A DNA stretch of 64,000 nt, taken from the NCBI RefSeq assembly GCF_054482525.1, contig NZ_CM137006.1; one strand, written 5' to 3'. The notes beneath the pieces are model-generated. The model was not told where the DNA came from. It searched no databases and saw nothing but the letters and a program-made list of their open reading frames with translations. Position numbers and translations under genes: made by a program. Shown piece by piece: positions 13,243 to 23,551 of the stretch (position 1 is its first letter; each line of letters begins with the position of its first letter).

Positions 13243-14109
13243 TTATGCCTTGCGGCTTTTGTTCACTGTGCTTGCCAGGGCTTCCGGGTAGTGTCTGGCA
13301 ATAATATCATTAAGCCTGTCAACCAGCTCTGGTTTCCTGAACGTGATGTGCGCGGAGCCCTTCTTAAAGTATCTGATGCTGAACATCTCATCTTCATAGT
13401 CCTCTTTACCCTGAACAGACTGGATGTGATCATCCAGATGAATGGTGATGTTTTCCCGGTTGTCGGGGATCGGTTTGCCGCTGAACAGGTGCAGCATTCT
13501 TTCCAGATCGGCAAGTCGATCGGCCTGTTGTCCGGTGATAAGATGAAACCCCCACCGGTCCCACCTCACCAGATTGTTGACGATAATTTTACTGCCAAAT
13601 TTGCAGGGTGAATTGGTTTTGTAATTCCAGCTCAGTCCTCTGAAAACGTTGAGCACCCCTCGCTCAAACACTTCATCTTTGTTCTGGTGCAGTTGTTCAA
13701 ACGTGCTCAGGATATTTGCTTCGCTGATTTCCGGAAAATTATCGTACTCCAGTGACCGGTACCATGTATCACGGGCTTGTGCATCCATTAATGACAGCAT
13801 CCCTGAACGTTGCATCAGATCACGCCAGATTTCGCGGTCAAGGTTGCGGGTGATGGCTTTCATTGCGGTTTCCGGTTTTTCCATCAGCCAGCAACCGCAG
13901 CGAAAATCCTGTTTCATGGCCCAGTCCAGTGCAGTTTTACCTCCGATGCTTTCCGTCAGCACCGAGATTTCTGCCAGTTGCCGGATAAGTGTGTCGATTT
14001 GCAGCAGCGCACTCTTTCGTACAGCCAGAATGTGGCGGATGCTGGTTGAGCCGATAACGTCCGTATGCCCGTTGACCACTTCCGGACGGGGGGCTGTGAT
14101 TTCAGACAT
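13243..14109 (-). CDS. hypothetical protein, position and size of the DUF4942-type island gene
   Basis: 288-aa ORF at the distal end of the CP4-like backbone; family assignment from memory. Confidence 0.45.
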   Translation of the reverse strand: MSEITAPRPEVVNGHTDVIGSTSIRHILAVRKSALLQIDTLIRQLAEISVLTESIGGKTALDWAMKQDFRCGCWLMEKPETAMKAITRNLDREIWRDLMQRSGMLSLMDAQARDTWYRSLEYDNFPEISEANILSTFEQLHQNKDEVFERGVLNVFRGLSWNYKTNSPCKFGSKIIVNNLVRWDRWGFHLITGQQADRLADLERMLHLFSGKPIPDNRENITIHLDDHIQSVQGKEDYEDEMFSIRYFKKGSAHITFRKPELVDRLNDIIARHYPEALASTVNKSRKA

Positions 14110-14193
14110 AATCGATATTCCTTTTTGCAGATAAATGAAAACGCCAGCCCTGTTCAGGCTGGCGTCAGTGGAATGAAGTCTGGTGAGTAAGAC

Positions 14194-14391
14194 TCACCGG
14201 TTCTGTTGCAGAAGCTGCAACTGGCGCAGGATACGGATATCCTCCCTGGCCTGTTCGATACAGGGCAACAGTGCTGCCGAATCCGTTCTATCCTCATCGT
14301 TGTCAAAGATAATTCCCGATTCGCAGTCGATATTGTCCTGTAGCCACGCAATCAGAATATCCAGTGCGGTTTCCGTGGTTAATGATTTCAT
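14194..14391 (-). CDS. small hypothetical protein (DUF957-like); start chosen at internal Met of ORF 14194..14436
   Basis: MKSLTTETALDILIAWLQDNIDCESGIIFDNDED...; typical small gene following the cbtA region. Confidence 0.4.
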   Translation of the reverse strand: MKSLTTETALDILIAWLQDNIDCESGIIFDNDEDRTDSAALLPCIEQAREDIRILRQLQLLQQNR

Positions 14392-14402
14392 GTTGTTCCT
14401 GG

Positions 14403-14894
14403 TTACCAGTCGAAAGTGGGCAGGTCCGGCAGACATTCAGCGCTGGCATCCAGATGAATGAGACTGACGCCATAACGTCGGGTAAGTGTGACAACCAGAC
14501 GACGGAACGTTTTTGACAGGCCCAGGCGCTTAAGCCGCAGAACCGGGTATGACCACGCATCGGTACGTAACAGATATCCGCTACCTGTGAAATGAATCCA
14601 TTCTGATTCGCCGGTGCCATTCGTCTGATGTGACAGCGAGTACAGCCAGGCGTTGTCCTTTGCCGTGATATGCGCGGTACTGCAGCGTATGCCGGTAAGG
14701 GCCGCCGCAGATGATGGCGTGCGCTCTGCTGATGTCCGGTCAGATTCATCAACAACACGAAGGGAGTAACCGTTATCGCAGACCACGTTAATCAGTTCAG
14801 CGAGAGTAACACCATCGACGTCAACGACAATGCGCCCCATGTTCAGTGCCTGCACGTTAATGCTGTCGGCTTCCAGCGTCAGGGCCAGTTTCAT
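14403..14894 (-). CDS. YeeW-like / DUF5983-type hypothetical protein
   Basis: 163-aa ORF overlapping cbtA stop by 4 bp; conserved island position. Confidence 0.5.
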   Translation of the reverse strand: MKLALTLEADSINVQALNMGRIVVDVDGVTLAELINVVCDNGYSLRVVDESDRTSAERTPSSAAALTGIRCSTAHITAKDNAWLYSLSHQTNGTGESEWIHFTGSGYLLRTDAWSYPVLRLKRLGLSKTFRRLVVTLTRRYGVSLIHLDASAECLPDLPTFDW

Positions 14895-15268
14895 TGTTTC
14901 GCCCCCGGATGTTTACCCAGGGTAATGTTATTTACCGTTCTGTAATTGTCGCGGGCCATCAGGCCGGTTGCCCGGCGGGCCCGGAGGATATCAATACTGT
15001 TTATTAACTGAGAACGGGTACAGGCGCTGAATCCTGGCTGGTCGGTACGTACCAGTGCGTATTTTTCAACGAGAAAGTTCACCGCATCGCACAGTGAAAT
15101 GCCTGCCTCAATATGCTGCTCAATCACACGTTCATCAGCGAACGGTGTGTCATTCAGTGTGAGGCCGTAATGCTGGTCCAACAGTCGGGTGAGCAGTGTC
15201 TGCCAGATGGTGACGGGAGACGGGCAGCGCGATGCCTCCCGTACGTGTGTGTCAGGTAATGTTTTCAT
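14891..15268 (-). CDS. cbtA: CbtA-family toxin (YeeV/YkfI/YpjF-like)
   Basis: ORF 14891..15370 trimmed to Met at 15268 (MKTLPDTHVREASRCPSPVTIWQTLLTRLL...); follows cbeA. Confidence 0.75.
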   Translation of the reverse strand: MKTLPDTHVREASRCPSPVTIWQTLLTRLLDQHYGLTLNDTPFADERVIEQHIEAGISLCDAVNFLVEKYALVRTDQPGFSACTRSQLINSIDILRARRATGLMARDNYRTVNNITLGKHPGAKQ

Positions 15269-15314
15269 CTTAAGTTCTCTGTAACTGGTAGTGCTAAAGG
15301 TGAGATATTCGGGG

Positions 15315-15689
15315 TTATGAGGTGGTTGCGGGTGCCAGTGTCGGATAAACAGCCATATAAACGTAACCACAACTGCTGAGGGTATCGGCTTTGCAGGTCA
15401 GCCCTTTTGCATACAGCGTGACGGTATGCTGATGGCGGGGATTCAGTTCACCGCTGGTGAGCATGAGTTCCAGTTGTTTCATCAGCAGCGGAAAGGCCTG
15501 GTCCAGATGGTACGCATCCGCGTCGCTGAACCGGCCTCTGATACCGGCGCGGTCTGCAAGGTAATGCAACCGGTTACCCTCCTGCACCAGACGTGCCCCA
15601 AAACAGGGCGTCACGGTGCAGGGTAGCCCCCACCAGGGGCGGTCGTTGTTATCGTCGGGATGCGTTGTCCCGGGGAGAGTGTCTGACAC
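15315..15689 (-). CDS. cbeA: CbeA-family antitoxin (YeeU/YfjZ/YafW-like)
   Basis: 124 aa; MSDTLPGTTHPDDNNDRPWWGLPCTVTPCFGARLVQEGNRLHYLADRAG closely resembles YeeU as recalled. Confidence 0.75.
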   Translation of the reverse strand: MSDTLPGTTHPDDNNDRPWWGLPCTVTPCFGARLVQEGNRLHYLADRAGIRGRFSDADAYHLDQAFPLLMKQLELMLTSGELNPRHQHTVTLYAKGLTCKADTLSSCGYVYMAVYPTLAPATTS

Positions 15690-15768
15690 GATAAAATCCT
15701 CACAGAAAATTGGTTAAGAATGGTCCGGTGGTGGCGATAATTCTGCTCTTCTGAATGCCCTTCCAGAC

Positions 15769-15990
15769 TCAGTTCAGGGTGACGCTCATCAGCCGGACAT
15801 ACGGGCCAAAACTGTCCTTACGGCGTTCAGCAAACACGGCCAGCACACCGGGAATATCCTGCACTTCACGACCGGTATACGCTTCAGCACTGCCGTGCCA
15901 GCGGTATTTGCCGGTACAGAACGGAAAAAGACGGGATGCCGGATGCTGACGGTGAATACGCATGGCTTCGCCACGGGTGATGATTTTCAT
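15769..15990 (-). CDS. DUF987-family protein (YeeT/YkfH-like)
   Basis: 73-aa ORF in conserved position between radC-like gene and cbeA. Confidence 0.65.
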   Translation of the reverse strand: MKIITRGEAMRIHRQHPASRLFPFCTGKYRWHGSAEAYTGREVQDIPGVLAVFAERRKDSFGPYVRLMSVTLN

Positions 15991-16058
15991 AGTGGGATAC
16001 CTCTGAAGACAGAAGATAAAAGTGAAAACAGGTGTGATATGGTTGTGGCGGTGACGGG

Positions 16059-16550
16059 TTAAAGCAGACCGTGTTCCGCAAAGGAGAAAACCTGGTTGCC
16101 ACCAACTATCAGATGGTCCGGTACCCGGATATCCACCAGGGCCAGTGCCTGTACCAGGCGTTCCGTGATAAGGCGATCTGCCTTACTGGGGGTGACTTCA
16201 CCGGACGGGTGGTTGTGTGCCAGTATCACGGCAGCGGCATTGTGGTACAGGGCACGTTTAATTACCTCCCGGGGATGGACTTCCGTGCGGTTGATGGTGC
16301 CTGTGAAGAGGGTTTCACCGGCAATCAGCTGATTCTGGTTGTTCAGATACAGTACCCGGAACTCTTCCCGCTCCAGTCCCGCCATGTTCAGAATCAGCCA
16401 TTCCCGTGCCGCATGCGTGGAGGTGAAGGCCACACCGGGTTCATGAAGATGGCGGTCCAGGGTTTTCAGGGCCCGCAGAATGAGGCTGCGCTCGCCGGGC
16501 GTCATCTCTCCGGGCAGAAAGGAAAGCTGTTGCATTGTGCTTCTCTCCAT
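16059..16550 (-). CDS. RadC-like JAB/MPN-domain protein (YeeS/YkfG/YfjY-like)
   Basis: 163 aa; JAMM motif region AVILAHNHPSGEVTPSKAD. Confidence 0.8.
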   Translation of the reverse strand: MERSTMQQLSFLPGEMTPGERSLILRALKTLDRHLHEPGVAFTSTHAAREWLILNMAGLEREEFRVLYLNNQNQLIAGETLFTGTINRTEVHPREVIKRALYHNAAAVILAHNHPSGEVTPSKADRLITERLVQALALVDIRVPDHLIVGGNQVFSFAEHGLL

Positions 16551-17036
16551 TCAGTCGATGATGCGCATAATGGCGTTGCATTCCGGATGCTGCAGGGCGT
16601 AATCCCGCAACCGATAATAATGGACCGTCATGGCATAATTCTCTGTACGACAGGCGTGATGACTGTACGCCATCAGACAGGCGGCAATGCCGGCGGCTTC
16701 CGGGCTCATTTCAGCGCGGTTGCCGTTCATGGCATTGAACAGTACCCATGTTTCGTCATCATCGTCATCCGGTTCGGGTACCATAAATGCCCCACCGTTG
16801 TTCAGGGTGTACAGATTCCAGATACCACCGCAGTAGTCTTCGCAAAGACGGTCCATCCAGCCGAAGACACGGGGCTCCAGGGTCACCCACTGTGGAATGA
16901 GGCCAAAATGTTGCGGCCAGAAACTGATGCGCTGTTCATCAGGGACGGGAGTGGCAACCAGTTGAGACTGGTTATTCCCTGGTGCAGTGGTTACGGAAAC
17001 AGAAGGCGTGGTGGAGCTATGCGAAAAGGTTGTCAT
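16551..17036 (-). CDS. antirestriction protein, KlcA/ArdB-like (YfjX/YafX-like)
   Basis: 161 aa; acidic stretch PEPDDDDDETW; conserved position upstream of radC-like gene. Confidence 0.65.
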   Translation of the reverse strand: MTTFSHSSTTPSVSVTTAPGNNQSQLVATPVPDEQRISFWPQHFGLIPQWVTLEPRVFGWMDRLCEDYCGGIWNLYTLNNGGAFMVPEPDDDDDETWVLFNAMNGNRAEMSPEAAGIAACLMAYSHHACRTENYAMTVHYYRLRDYALQHPECNAIMRIID

Positions 17037-17127
17037 GAGATGATTCCTTATAAAAAGTAAATGAATGGAAGAATGCCCGGGGACTGGTACAGACGTGAGT
17101 CAGGGTTGCACTTTCAGGGAAACAGCA

Positions 17128-17946
17128 TCAGCGCATGCTCTCCAGCAGCGTTTCTGCCATCACCCACAATGCGCGATTGAGCTTAATGTCCGTGTCGATG
17201 CTGTGAATGGCACGGGTGTGGATACGTTTTCCTTTAGCGCTGCGACCAGAAATCCCGCCTTTCAGCATATTTTCCTGGATGGTCTGATAAGCACTCCACA
17301 GGTCCTTACCGTAATCCTCCCGGCGTCGTGGCGTCAGAATGTCGGCGGTGGTGACGGGCTGATGTTCGTCACCATAACGGTAAGTCAGTGCCGCCTGTGC
17401 CAGCGCCTGGCGTGCCGGTGGCGGCAGGACCAGCGACTGCATGGCATCACGCTTTTCCTCAATCCGGTCAAAAACGCCCACCACTTCGTAAGCCCCTTCA
17501 ATGACTCTGTCCACCACATTTCCCCGGTGCGGAACACGCACTTCCCCCAGAGACTGACCACAGACGCAGCCGTTCTGGCAGACGAACCTGAAGTAACCCG
17601 GCAGCATCTGGTAGCTGGAGGTACCGTCATGGGAGTTCAGCAGGATGATTTCAGGGACATGTTGTCCGTTTATCTCCCCGTCACGGCGCAGACGCAGCAT
17701 GTGTTTGGTATACCCCCGGCGGCCCGGGTCACGTACGCGGGTCTGGCAGGCAAAGAAGGGCTGAAAGCCTTCCCGCTGCAGGCTTTCCAGCACGGTGATG
17801 GTGGGGATCCAGGTATAGTTCTCGCTTCTGGATGTGTGCTTATCTTCCCCGAATACGCTGGGGACGACCTGCATCAGTTCTTCGCGAGTTAAGGGGCGGT
17901 CACGGCGTATCTGGTTCGCATAACCAAAACGACTTGCTAATCGCAT
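17128..17946 (-). CDS. DUF932-family protein (YfjQ/YafZ-like)
   Basis: 272-aa ORF; size and position match the island DUF932 gene. Confidence 0.65.
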   Translation of the reverse strand: MRLASRFGYANQIRRDRPLTREELMQVVPSVFGEDKHTSRSENYTWIPTITVLESLQREGFQPFFACQTRVRDPGRRGYTKHMLRLRRDGEINGQHVPEIILLNSHDGTSSYQMLPGYFRFVCQNGCVCGQSLGEVRVPHRGNVVDRVIEGAYEVVGVFDRIEEKRDAMQSLVLPPPARQALAQAALTYRYGDEHQPVTTADILTPRRREDYGKDLWSAYQTIQENMLKGGISGRSAKGKRIHTRAIHSIDTDIKLNRALWVMAETLLESMR

Positions 17947-18275
17947 GATTTGCTCCTTATGAATGAGTTAGCGATATAAATGAAAAAGCCGCGCCTCCCG
18001 GAGAAGACGCGGCCTGATGGATGAAATGAATGACGTTTATTGTCTGAGAAGCCCTTCACTGGCGAGCCACACATTAAGCTGTTTTCCGGCATCGGATTCA
18101 AAATTCCAGTACCGCCAGCGCAACTGACCTTCAGCATTACGGATAACCAGCCGGAAATGCGTTCCCTGGTCATCTTCAATAAGCACATTGCGGTAAGCTG
18201 TTGTGACGGCAACCGCCTGTTCGCGTGAGAAAGGGCCTTCGGGCAATTAAACAGGGTGACAGTCCGACATACCGG

Positions 18276-18953
18276 CTATTTTCCGATAAATTCAACGCTG
18301 GCACCGGTGGCATTACCGTCAGCACCAACCGTGACGGTCACTTTGTCGTACGCACGGTCTTCAGGATTGAACACTTCAAACTCAACCTTATTGCCTTTTA
18401 CTTCGTAAGAGCCAAAATCAGCGGTTTCTGTTGTTTCCTCGTCATATTCCCGGGCGTATGCCAGCCGGGCAGCCTGCAGGACGGAATCTTTATTAATGGC
18501 GGGTGTCTGTTTCGGGGAAAAACCGGCAAGTGATGTGACAAATTTCGGACAGACCTTCAGCATATCACCGCGGGTGAATTCCATTCGTACACCAAATGCC
18601 TGTAAAACGGACACATCACGCTCTGCTATGGAGTGAACGGCTTTTTTGACCATTTCCGGCGCCTGTCCGACTTCCACCTCAACAGCCCTGAATCCTGTCT
18701 GCTGATTACACATTTGTGATGTGGGGATCAGGTTACCGTTAATACTGATACGGCTGCCCAGGAGCGTCTGTACGCCATTCGGGCATCCCTGCATCAGGCC
18801 GGTAATACCAATCGTGCCATTTTTCAGCATTACCAGCGCCTGACCATCTTCCGTCATGGTCTGACACCAGCCGTTTTTGACAGCCCAGTTACCGGCGGAG
18901 GTGGAGAAGGATGCCACAGTGAACAGCAGGGGAAAAAGCATTCTGGTATTCAT
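18276..18953 (-). CDS. hypothetical exported protein (225 aa) with N-terminal signal peptide
   Basis: N-terminus MNTRMLFPLLFTVASFSTSAGNWA looks like a signal peptide; no other assignable motif. Confidence 0.45.
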   Translation of the reverse strand: MNTRMLFPLLFTVASFSTSAGNWAVKNGWCQTMTEDGQALVMLKNGTIGITGLMQGCPNGVQTLLGSRISINGNLIPTSQMCNQQTGFRAVEVEVGQAPEMVKKAVHSIAERDVSVLQAFGVRMEFTRGDMLKVCPKFVTSLAGFSPKQTPAINKDSVLQAARLAYAREYDEETTETADFGSYEVKGNKVEFEVFNPEDRAYDKVTVTVGADGNATGASVEFIGK

Positions 18954-19071
18954 GACTGACCTCTGAAATTAAAGAGCGTGTTATTGATAATGACAGACGG
19001 TATACGGCAGTGGTTACCGTAATCCGTTGTCGTGTAAAGGTATACGGTTGCCACGGGGGACTCCGGGGCGC

Positions 19072-19956
19072 TCAGAACAGGTGATCCCACAGTGTGACCA
19101 GTAGGTGGATAATGCGGGCCCGGGCTTTACGCAGAAGCTGTAACATCCAGGCCGGAAAACTGAACCGGGCAACGGCGTCGTCAAAACTTTTCCCGATGGC
19201 GTCACCAAAAGTCTGTTGTGCGTGTTTCCGGGCCTGTTCAGAGCGGTTTTCCCCCCGGATATGTGAATAAACCGCGCTGGTTGCCTGTGGTGGCAGTGCG
19301 TGGATCATCAGTGACACCAGTGCCGGAAGATTCCAGCCGACAGGCGCTGCAACGGAGAGTACCGGAAATGATGACGGGAACAGGGTGGCCACCCGGGCTG
19401 TTACTGTCGCCAGTGAGAGTTCCTGCTGACGGGACGGGCATTTTTCTGCGTCGTTCCATTCTTCAGCAGGAAACACGCGATCGGCATGGCTGAGAACAAA
19501 CAGAAAACGCGAGGGATCTGCACCTTCATTCAGTAAAAACTGATGCATGGCAATATCAGCAGCATACGCACGTTCATCAGCCCGCAGGATCCAGATAATC
19601 AGATCCAGTTCCGGCAGTAACTGACGGTAAAGCTCCCGGTATTCCTGATCATGCTGCGGTGTTTCACCAATGCCGGGCAGATCGACCAGCGTCATTCTGC
19701 GTTCACCAATCTGCAGGGTGAGGCGATGAGCCTGGCGGGTGCAGCCGTTCAGGGGATGCGTGGCGCAGATACGGGACTGAAAAATGGCATTACACAGACT
19801 GCTTTTGCCGGTGCCGGATTTACCCATAATGCCAATCACGGGCTCGTAATGAATAACACCGTGGAGATGTTCAAGGATTTTCTGGCGAATTTCTTCAGGA
19901 AGAAACGTCAGATATGATTTCACTTGTGCGGAGAGGGAAGAATGGCTGAATGACAT
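19072..19956 (-). CDS. YeeP/YkfA/YfjP-family GTPase
   Basis: 294 aa; P-loop GIMGKSGTGKSSL and DLPG switch motif. Confidence 0.75.
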   Translation of the reverse strand: MSFSHSSLSAQVKSYLTFLPEEIRQKILEHLHGVIHYEPVIGIMGKSGTGKSSLCNAIFQSRICATHPLNGCTRQAHRLTLQIGERRMTLVDLPGIGETPQHDQEYRELYRQLLPELDLIIWILRADERAYAADIAMHQFLLNEGADPSRFLFVLSHADRVFPAEEWNDAEKCPSRQQELSLATVTARVATLFPSSFPVLSVAAPVGWNLPALVSLMIHALPPQATSAVYSHIRGENRSEQARKHAQQTFGDAIGKSFDDAVARFSFPAWMLQLLRKARARIIHLLVTLWDHLF

Positions 19957-20047
19957 ACCGGTATCCTGTTGATTTCACTGAACCGGATCACACTAATCCG
20001 GTTTATCATTCAGGTAATATGGGCGTGAAAAAATCTGGAGTGACAAA

Positions 20048-20995
20048 GTGTGGAGGGAAGAGATGACTGCACAACAGATTGATGCATTACGCGACATTGT
20101 TAATAAGGCCAGAGTTACCGCCATTTGTAAAAGTCCGGCCTGGAAATATACTCTGCGAATACTGAAGCGCAGCAGACTCGTGTACAGAGGAGAACGGTCA
20201 GAATCGTTTGATCCGGAGAAACATTTTAATCGTTATACGGTGCGTTATCTGTACCTGCTTAACATAATGGCACTTGAGCTAAAGTCAGATACACGGATTA
20301 AGGTTGAGGTAGGTCAATGGTATCGCATGACGGGTAAACGTTTATCACTTAATGTCCCGCCTTTTATGCTGATTCCGCGTAATATCCGGAGAAAAGTGGA
20401 TGGATTCAGACAATCAGAAGGCGAAGCAACAAAACAAACGGCTCAACCGTTCACGGGCAGTTTGTATGAGGTTTTGAGCAGGGATAACGATTCGGCTGAG
20501 CTGGACGCCTGGTTTGCTGAACCACCGCTGACACGACAGGAAGTGCGGGAGGGGAGGCGTGTCACAGATTTTAATCCATGGGCGCAGTCTTCGTTTATTT
20601 GCCGTTCAGCATCCCCGACGTTTGAACTTTTTTACCAGGAATATAAGCGACTGGGATTAAGTGTTTTTTTTGATCCGGAAAATAGAAAACCTTTTGAAAG
20701 TATAAAAAAACATTTCGGGGATAAACCACAGTTACTGGAGAGACTGGGGGATGTGTTGTTTTTCACGTCGCTTTATAACCAGGGATGTTTAGGGGAGTTT
20801 GTCAATGCGCTTGTGGAAAAGGAGGACATTTATCTGAAAGCGTCCCCCGGGGAAGAAAAGCTGAAAGCACACCAGAAAATGATTAACTACATTGAAGAGT
20901 TCTGCAACAAAATGACGGAAAAGTATCTGATATCCGCAGCCAGGAGACACTACCAAAAGAAGAAAATCGGCAGGAGCAGAAGTGGTGAAAGTTAA
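20048..20995 (+). CDS. hypothetical protein (315 aa)
   Basis: Intact ORF; 3' end overlaps the convergent gene 20992..21915 by 4 bp; no assignable domain. Confidence 0.45.
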   Translation: MWREEMTAQQIDALRDIVNKARVTAICKSPAWKYTLRILKRSRLVYRGERSESFDPEKHFNRYTVRYLYLLNIMALELKSDTRIKVEVGQWYRMTGKRLSLNVPPFMLIPRNIRRKVDGFRQSEGEATKQTAQPFTGSLYEVLSRDNDSAELDAWFAEPPLTRQEVREGRRVTDFNPWAQSSFICRSASPTFELFYQEYKRLGLSVFFDPENRKPFESIKKHFGDKPQLLERLGDVLFFTSLYNQGCLGEFVNALVEKEDIYLKASPGEEKLKAHQKMINYIEEFCNKMTEKYLISAARRHYQKKKIGRSRSGES

Positions 20996-21915
20996 TACAG
21001 TCTGTGGTTCTGAATCACCAGCCTGTGGTTCTGAATCAGATGTTCCAGGACAGCCTGTTGTGTTGTTTTCAGTTCTCTGGTCAGTCTGTCCAGAGTACGT
21101 TTTGCATCTGATGATATTTTAACGTTGATTTGTACCCGCTTATCTTTTTTTCCGTCGGTAAACTGTTTTCGGAATGCATTGTGCATCTTGTCGAAAAATT
21201 TTTCTTTTGCGGCAACCCCATAGTGAAGTACTTTTGGCTGCTGTAAGTATGGTGTATCTGCGGGGAATAAAATTTTTAGTAAAACTACGATAGCAATGTA
21301 TCTTTCGTTATCACTTACAGGATAAAACCAGGAAAGATACGTGTGCGGGATGCGTGCATTGATATATTTCCATGCCCATTCGAGTTGTTCTGTATTCTTT
21401 TTAAGCCATTTGGCTTCGTTTCTCTTTTCGATCTGCAGCCAGTTTTGATGCATTGTTGAGATGAAGCAATCTGATTGATTGTCAAGGATTAATGCATTAA
21501 TCCATTTGCTTATAACATCCAGTCTCATTTCATGATCTGAAGGAATTGTTGTTATGGGTATACTCCCCGCAGGAATCAGCCCCATCATGGCTGTATTGAA
21601 CCCTAATTCATTACGAACCCCAAGGAGTTTGGGATCTGTGTTAATTATAACTAACCAGAACCAGAATGCTGCAATTTCATTTTTTTTAACCCATTCAGGT
21701 ATGTGATTATCTGTCAGTTGTTTATCATTCAACAAATACTCAATTGTTTCATTTTCCCAGCTATATCCATTCACGTTATAACCATCTTCATATTGTTTCA
21801 TCTGATTACGCCTCAATCGCATTCTCTTCTGGTGATTTTCACTATCACATGGAAATCGAATATGCAAGGAAGTTAACAAAAAAACATTGCATCCGGACTT
21901 GTGTTCAAAAAGCAA
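20992..21915 (-). CDS. hypothetical protein with C-terminal ribbon-helix-helix-like segment
   Basis: C-terminus KRVQINVKISSDAKRTLDRLTRELKTTQQAVLEHLI fits RHH pattern; true start probably an internal Met (MKQYEDGYN); 3' end contains 2 x ctgtggttctgaatca. Confidence 0.4.
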   Translation of the reverse strand: MLFEHKSGCNVFLLTSLHIRFPCDSENHQKRMRLRRNQMKQYEDGYNVNGYSWENETIEYLLNDKQLTDNHIPEWVKKNEIAAFWFWLVIINTDPKLLGVRNELGFNTAMMGLIPAGSIPITTIPSDHEMRLDVISKWINALILDNQSDCFISTMHQNWLQIEKRNEAKWLKKNTEQLEWAWKYINARIPHTYLSWFYPVSDNERYIAIVVLLKILFPADTPYLQQPKVLHYGVAAKEKFFDKMHNAFRKQFTDGKKDKRVQINVKISSDAKRTLDRLTRELKTTQQAVLEHLIQNHRLVIQNHRLY

Positions 21916-22479
21916 TCACTTCAAGGCTTGATCACTCTGTGAGATGCTGAAGAACTATTCTCTAACTATTCACGATCTATTCTTGATCTATTCATAATAA
22001 ATTAAAACATGCTATCAACTACTGCTCATATCCTCCTTGGGTGTGTCGTTGTACTGTTCGACTGTTCTTGTGGTCAGATTAACAATCTGAAGAGTAAAAG
22101 CGACAGTAATCTGTCTGTTATAGTGGCGATAAAAACACTGAATGCGCATCCTGTATGTGAAATCCTGTCATGTGGAGCAGTAAGCAATGACAGGCATGCA
22201 TGTTATATGTGAAGGGGGCCGGGAGACGACATAATCAGTATGGCTGTCATTCTGGTTGTAAAACGCGATCACTTTCCGGGGGTAAAAGATGATATGGAAG
22301 CTGACAAACGGTTTGCTTCGGATTGTCTTTTCTGGGGCCTGAAATACGGGGACAGAAAAATAATTCCAGAGTAAATCTGCTCCGTTTTCAGAACAAAAAT
22401 CCCCATGCTGGCCGTGAAAAACTGAAACGAACATTCAGTCTGCATGAGTGTCTGAAGATGTTGAGAATGTCGGTATGAT

Positions 22480-22700
22480 ACTATATACACATGTTTTTAT
22501 TAAGTGTTATATACATATCTTTTTAAATAGATAATTCTACACATATTTTACTAAGTGTTTTTACTAAGCATTTCAGTAAGTGTTATACACGTATTTTCTA
22601 CTAAGTGTTTTACCAGACATACACATGTTTTCATAAACAATTCTACAAGTGTTTTCATTAAGTATTGTTATACACATTGCTTTGTCTGATACACATCCAG
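22480..22700. repeat. cluster of short imperfect direct repeats (taagtgtt core, >=5 copies; acacatgtttt x2) in AT-rich non-coding DNA
   Basis: Read directly from sequence; irregular spacing, no ORF. Confidence 0.6.
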
Positions 22701-23551
22701 TTTAGTAAACCTGTCAGTCCTGTTTTTACGTTAACTAAAATCAGCTTAATGCTACTACAAAACAATCTTTCCTGTTTAAGCAATCAATATGATATTCTAT
22801 TTTTCTGATGTTACATTTAACCTTTTATGAGTTTTCGTGTTTTTAGTCGTTAACCTGAGACAAGTGTTTTTATGTAAAACGCAAATCCGGCTGAGATAAC
22901 CTGGCGTGATTTACTGTGTGCTTACGATGATTTTGTTAAATGGTTTTATGGATGATTTTGTAGCGATAAGATTGATGAGATGATTAACTGGCCCTGGTGT
23001 TTTTTCTCAGTGCAAGGTGATTATCTTCATCATAAGGCTCTTTTCAGAAAAAGCGTGATGATTGGTTCTGGTGTTTTGATTCAGATGAGATTTACGTTAT
23101 CGATGGTTAATCGTTTTTATGGTGTGTTGAAAAGTAACGTTTTCAGGATAAGAAAATCGATTCTGATGTTGGTGGTTTTTGTTCTCGGGGCAGGGTTATC
23201 TGTAAACAGGTTTTAAACGCGCTATTCGGCTCTGTGATTGAGTTTTGTGGTTAAGCTGTAGGTTTTGGTATTGTTGTTGATTCACAGCAGCAGAAAGCGT
23301 TCTGATTGCGTTTTTGGTGTTTTGTTTGCACGTTCTGTTGATCCGTTTCCCTTCGGGCTTTGTAGTTTTTAAAAACCATTTATGCCGTTGTTGTGTGTTT
23401 TACCCTGCGTGTAGGTTTATCTTTTCTTCGTGGGGGATTCATTCTGTTTTAATCAGGAGCCATTGGCGTTGCTCAATGGCGGGATGCCGTAAAGTTTTAC
23501 CGCAGTGATTAATGATGTGAAGTCAATCCAAATCAACGGAGATCTCTCATC

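Noticed and set aside
16071-17892. Long plus-strand ORFs (16071..17060, 17065..17892) opposite the radC-like, klcA-like and DUF932 genes
   Set aside because: They overlap well-supported minus-strand genes of a conserved island backbone and have no recognisable motifs; treated as antisense shadow ORFs.
22480-22700. Possible CRISPR array (also considered for the repeats at 3098-3148)
   Set aside because: Repeats are short (8-25 bp), imperfect and irregularly spaced, with no uniform spacers and no cas genes in the window.
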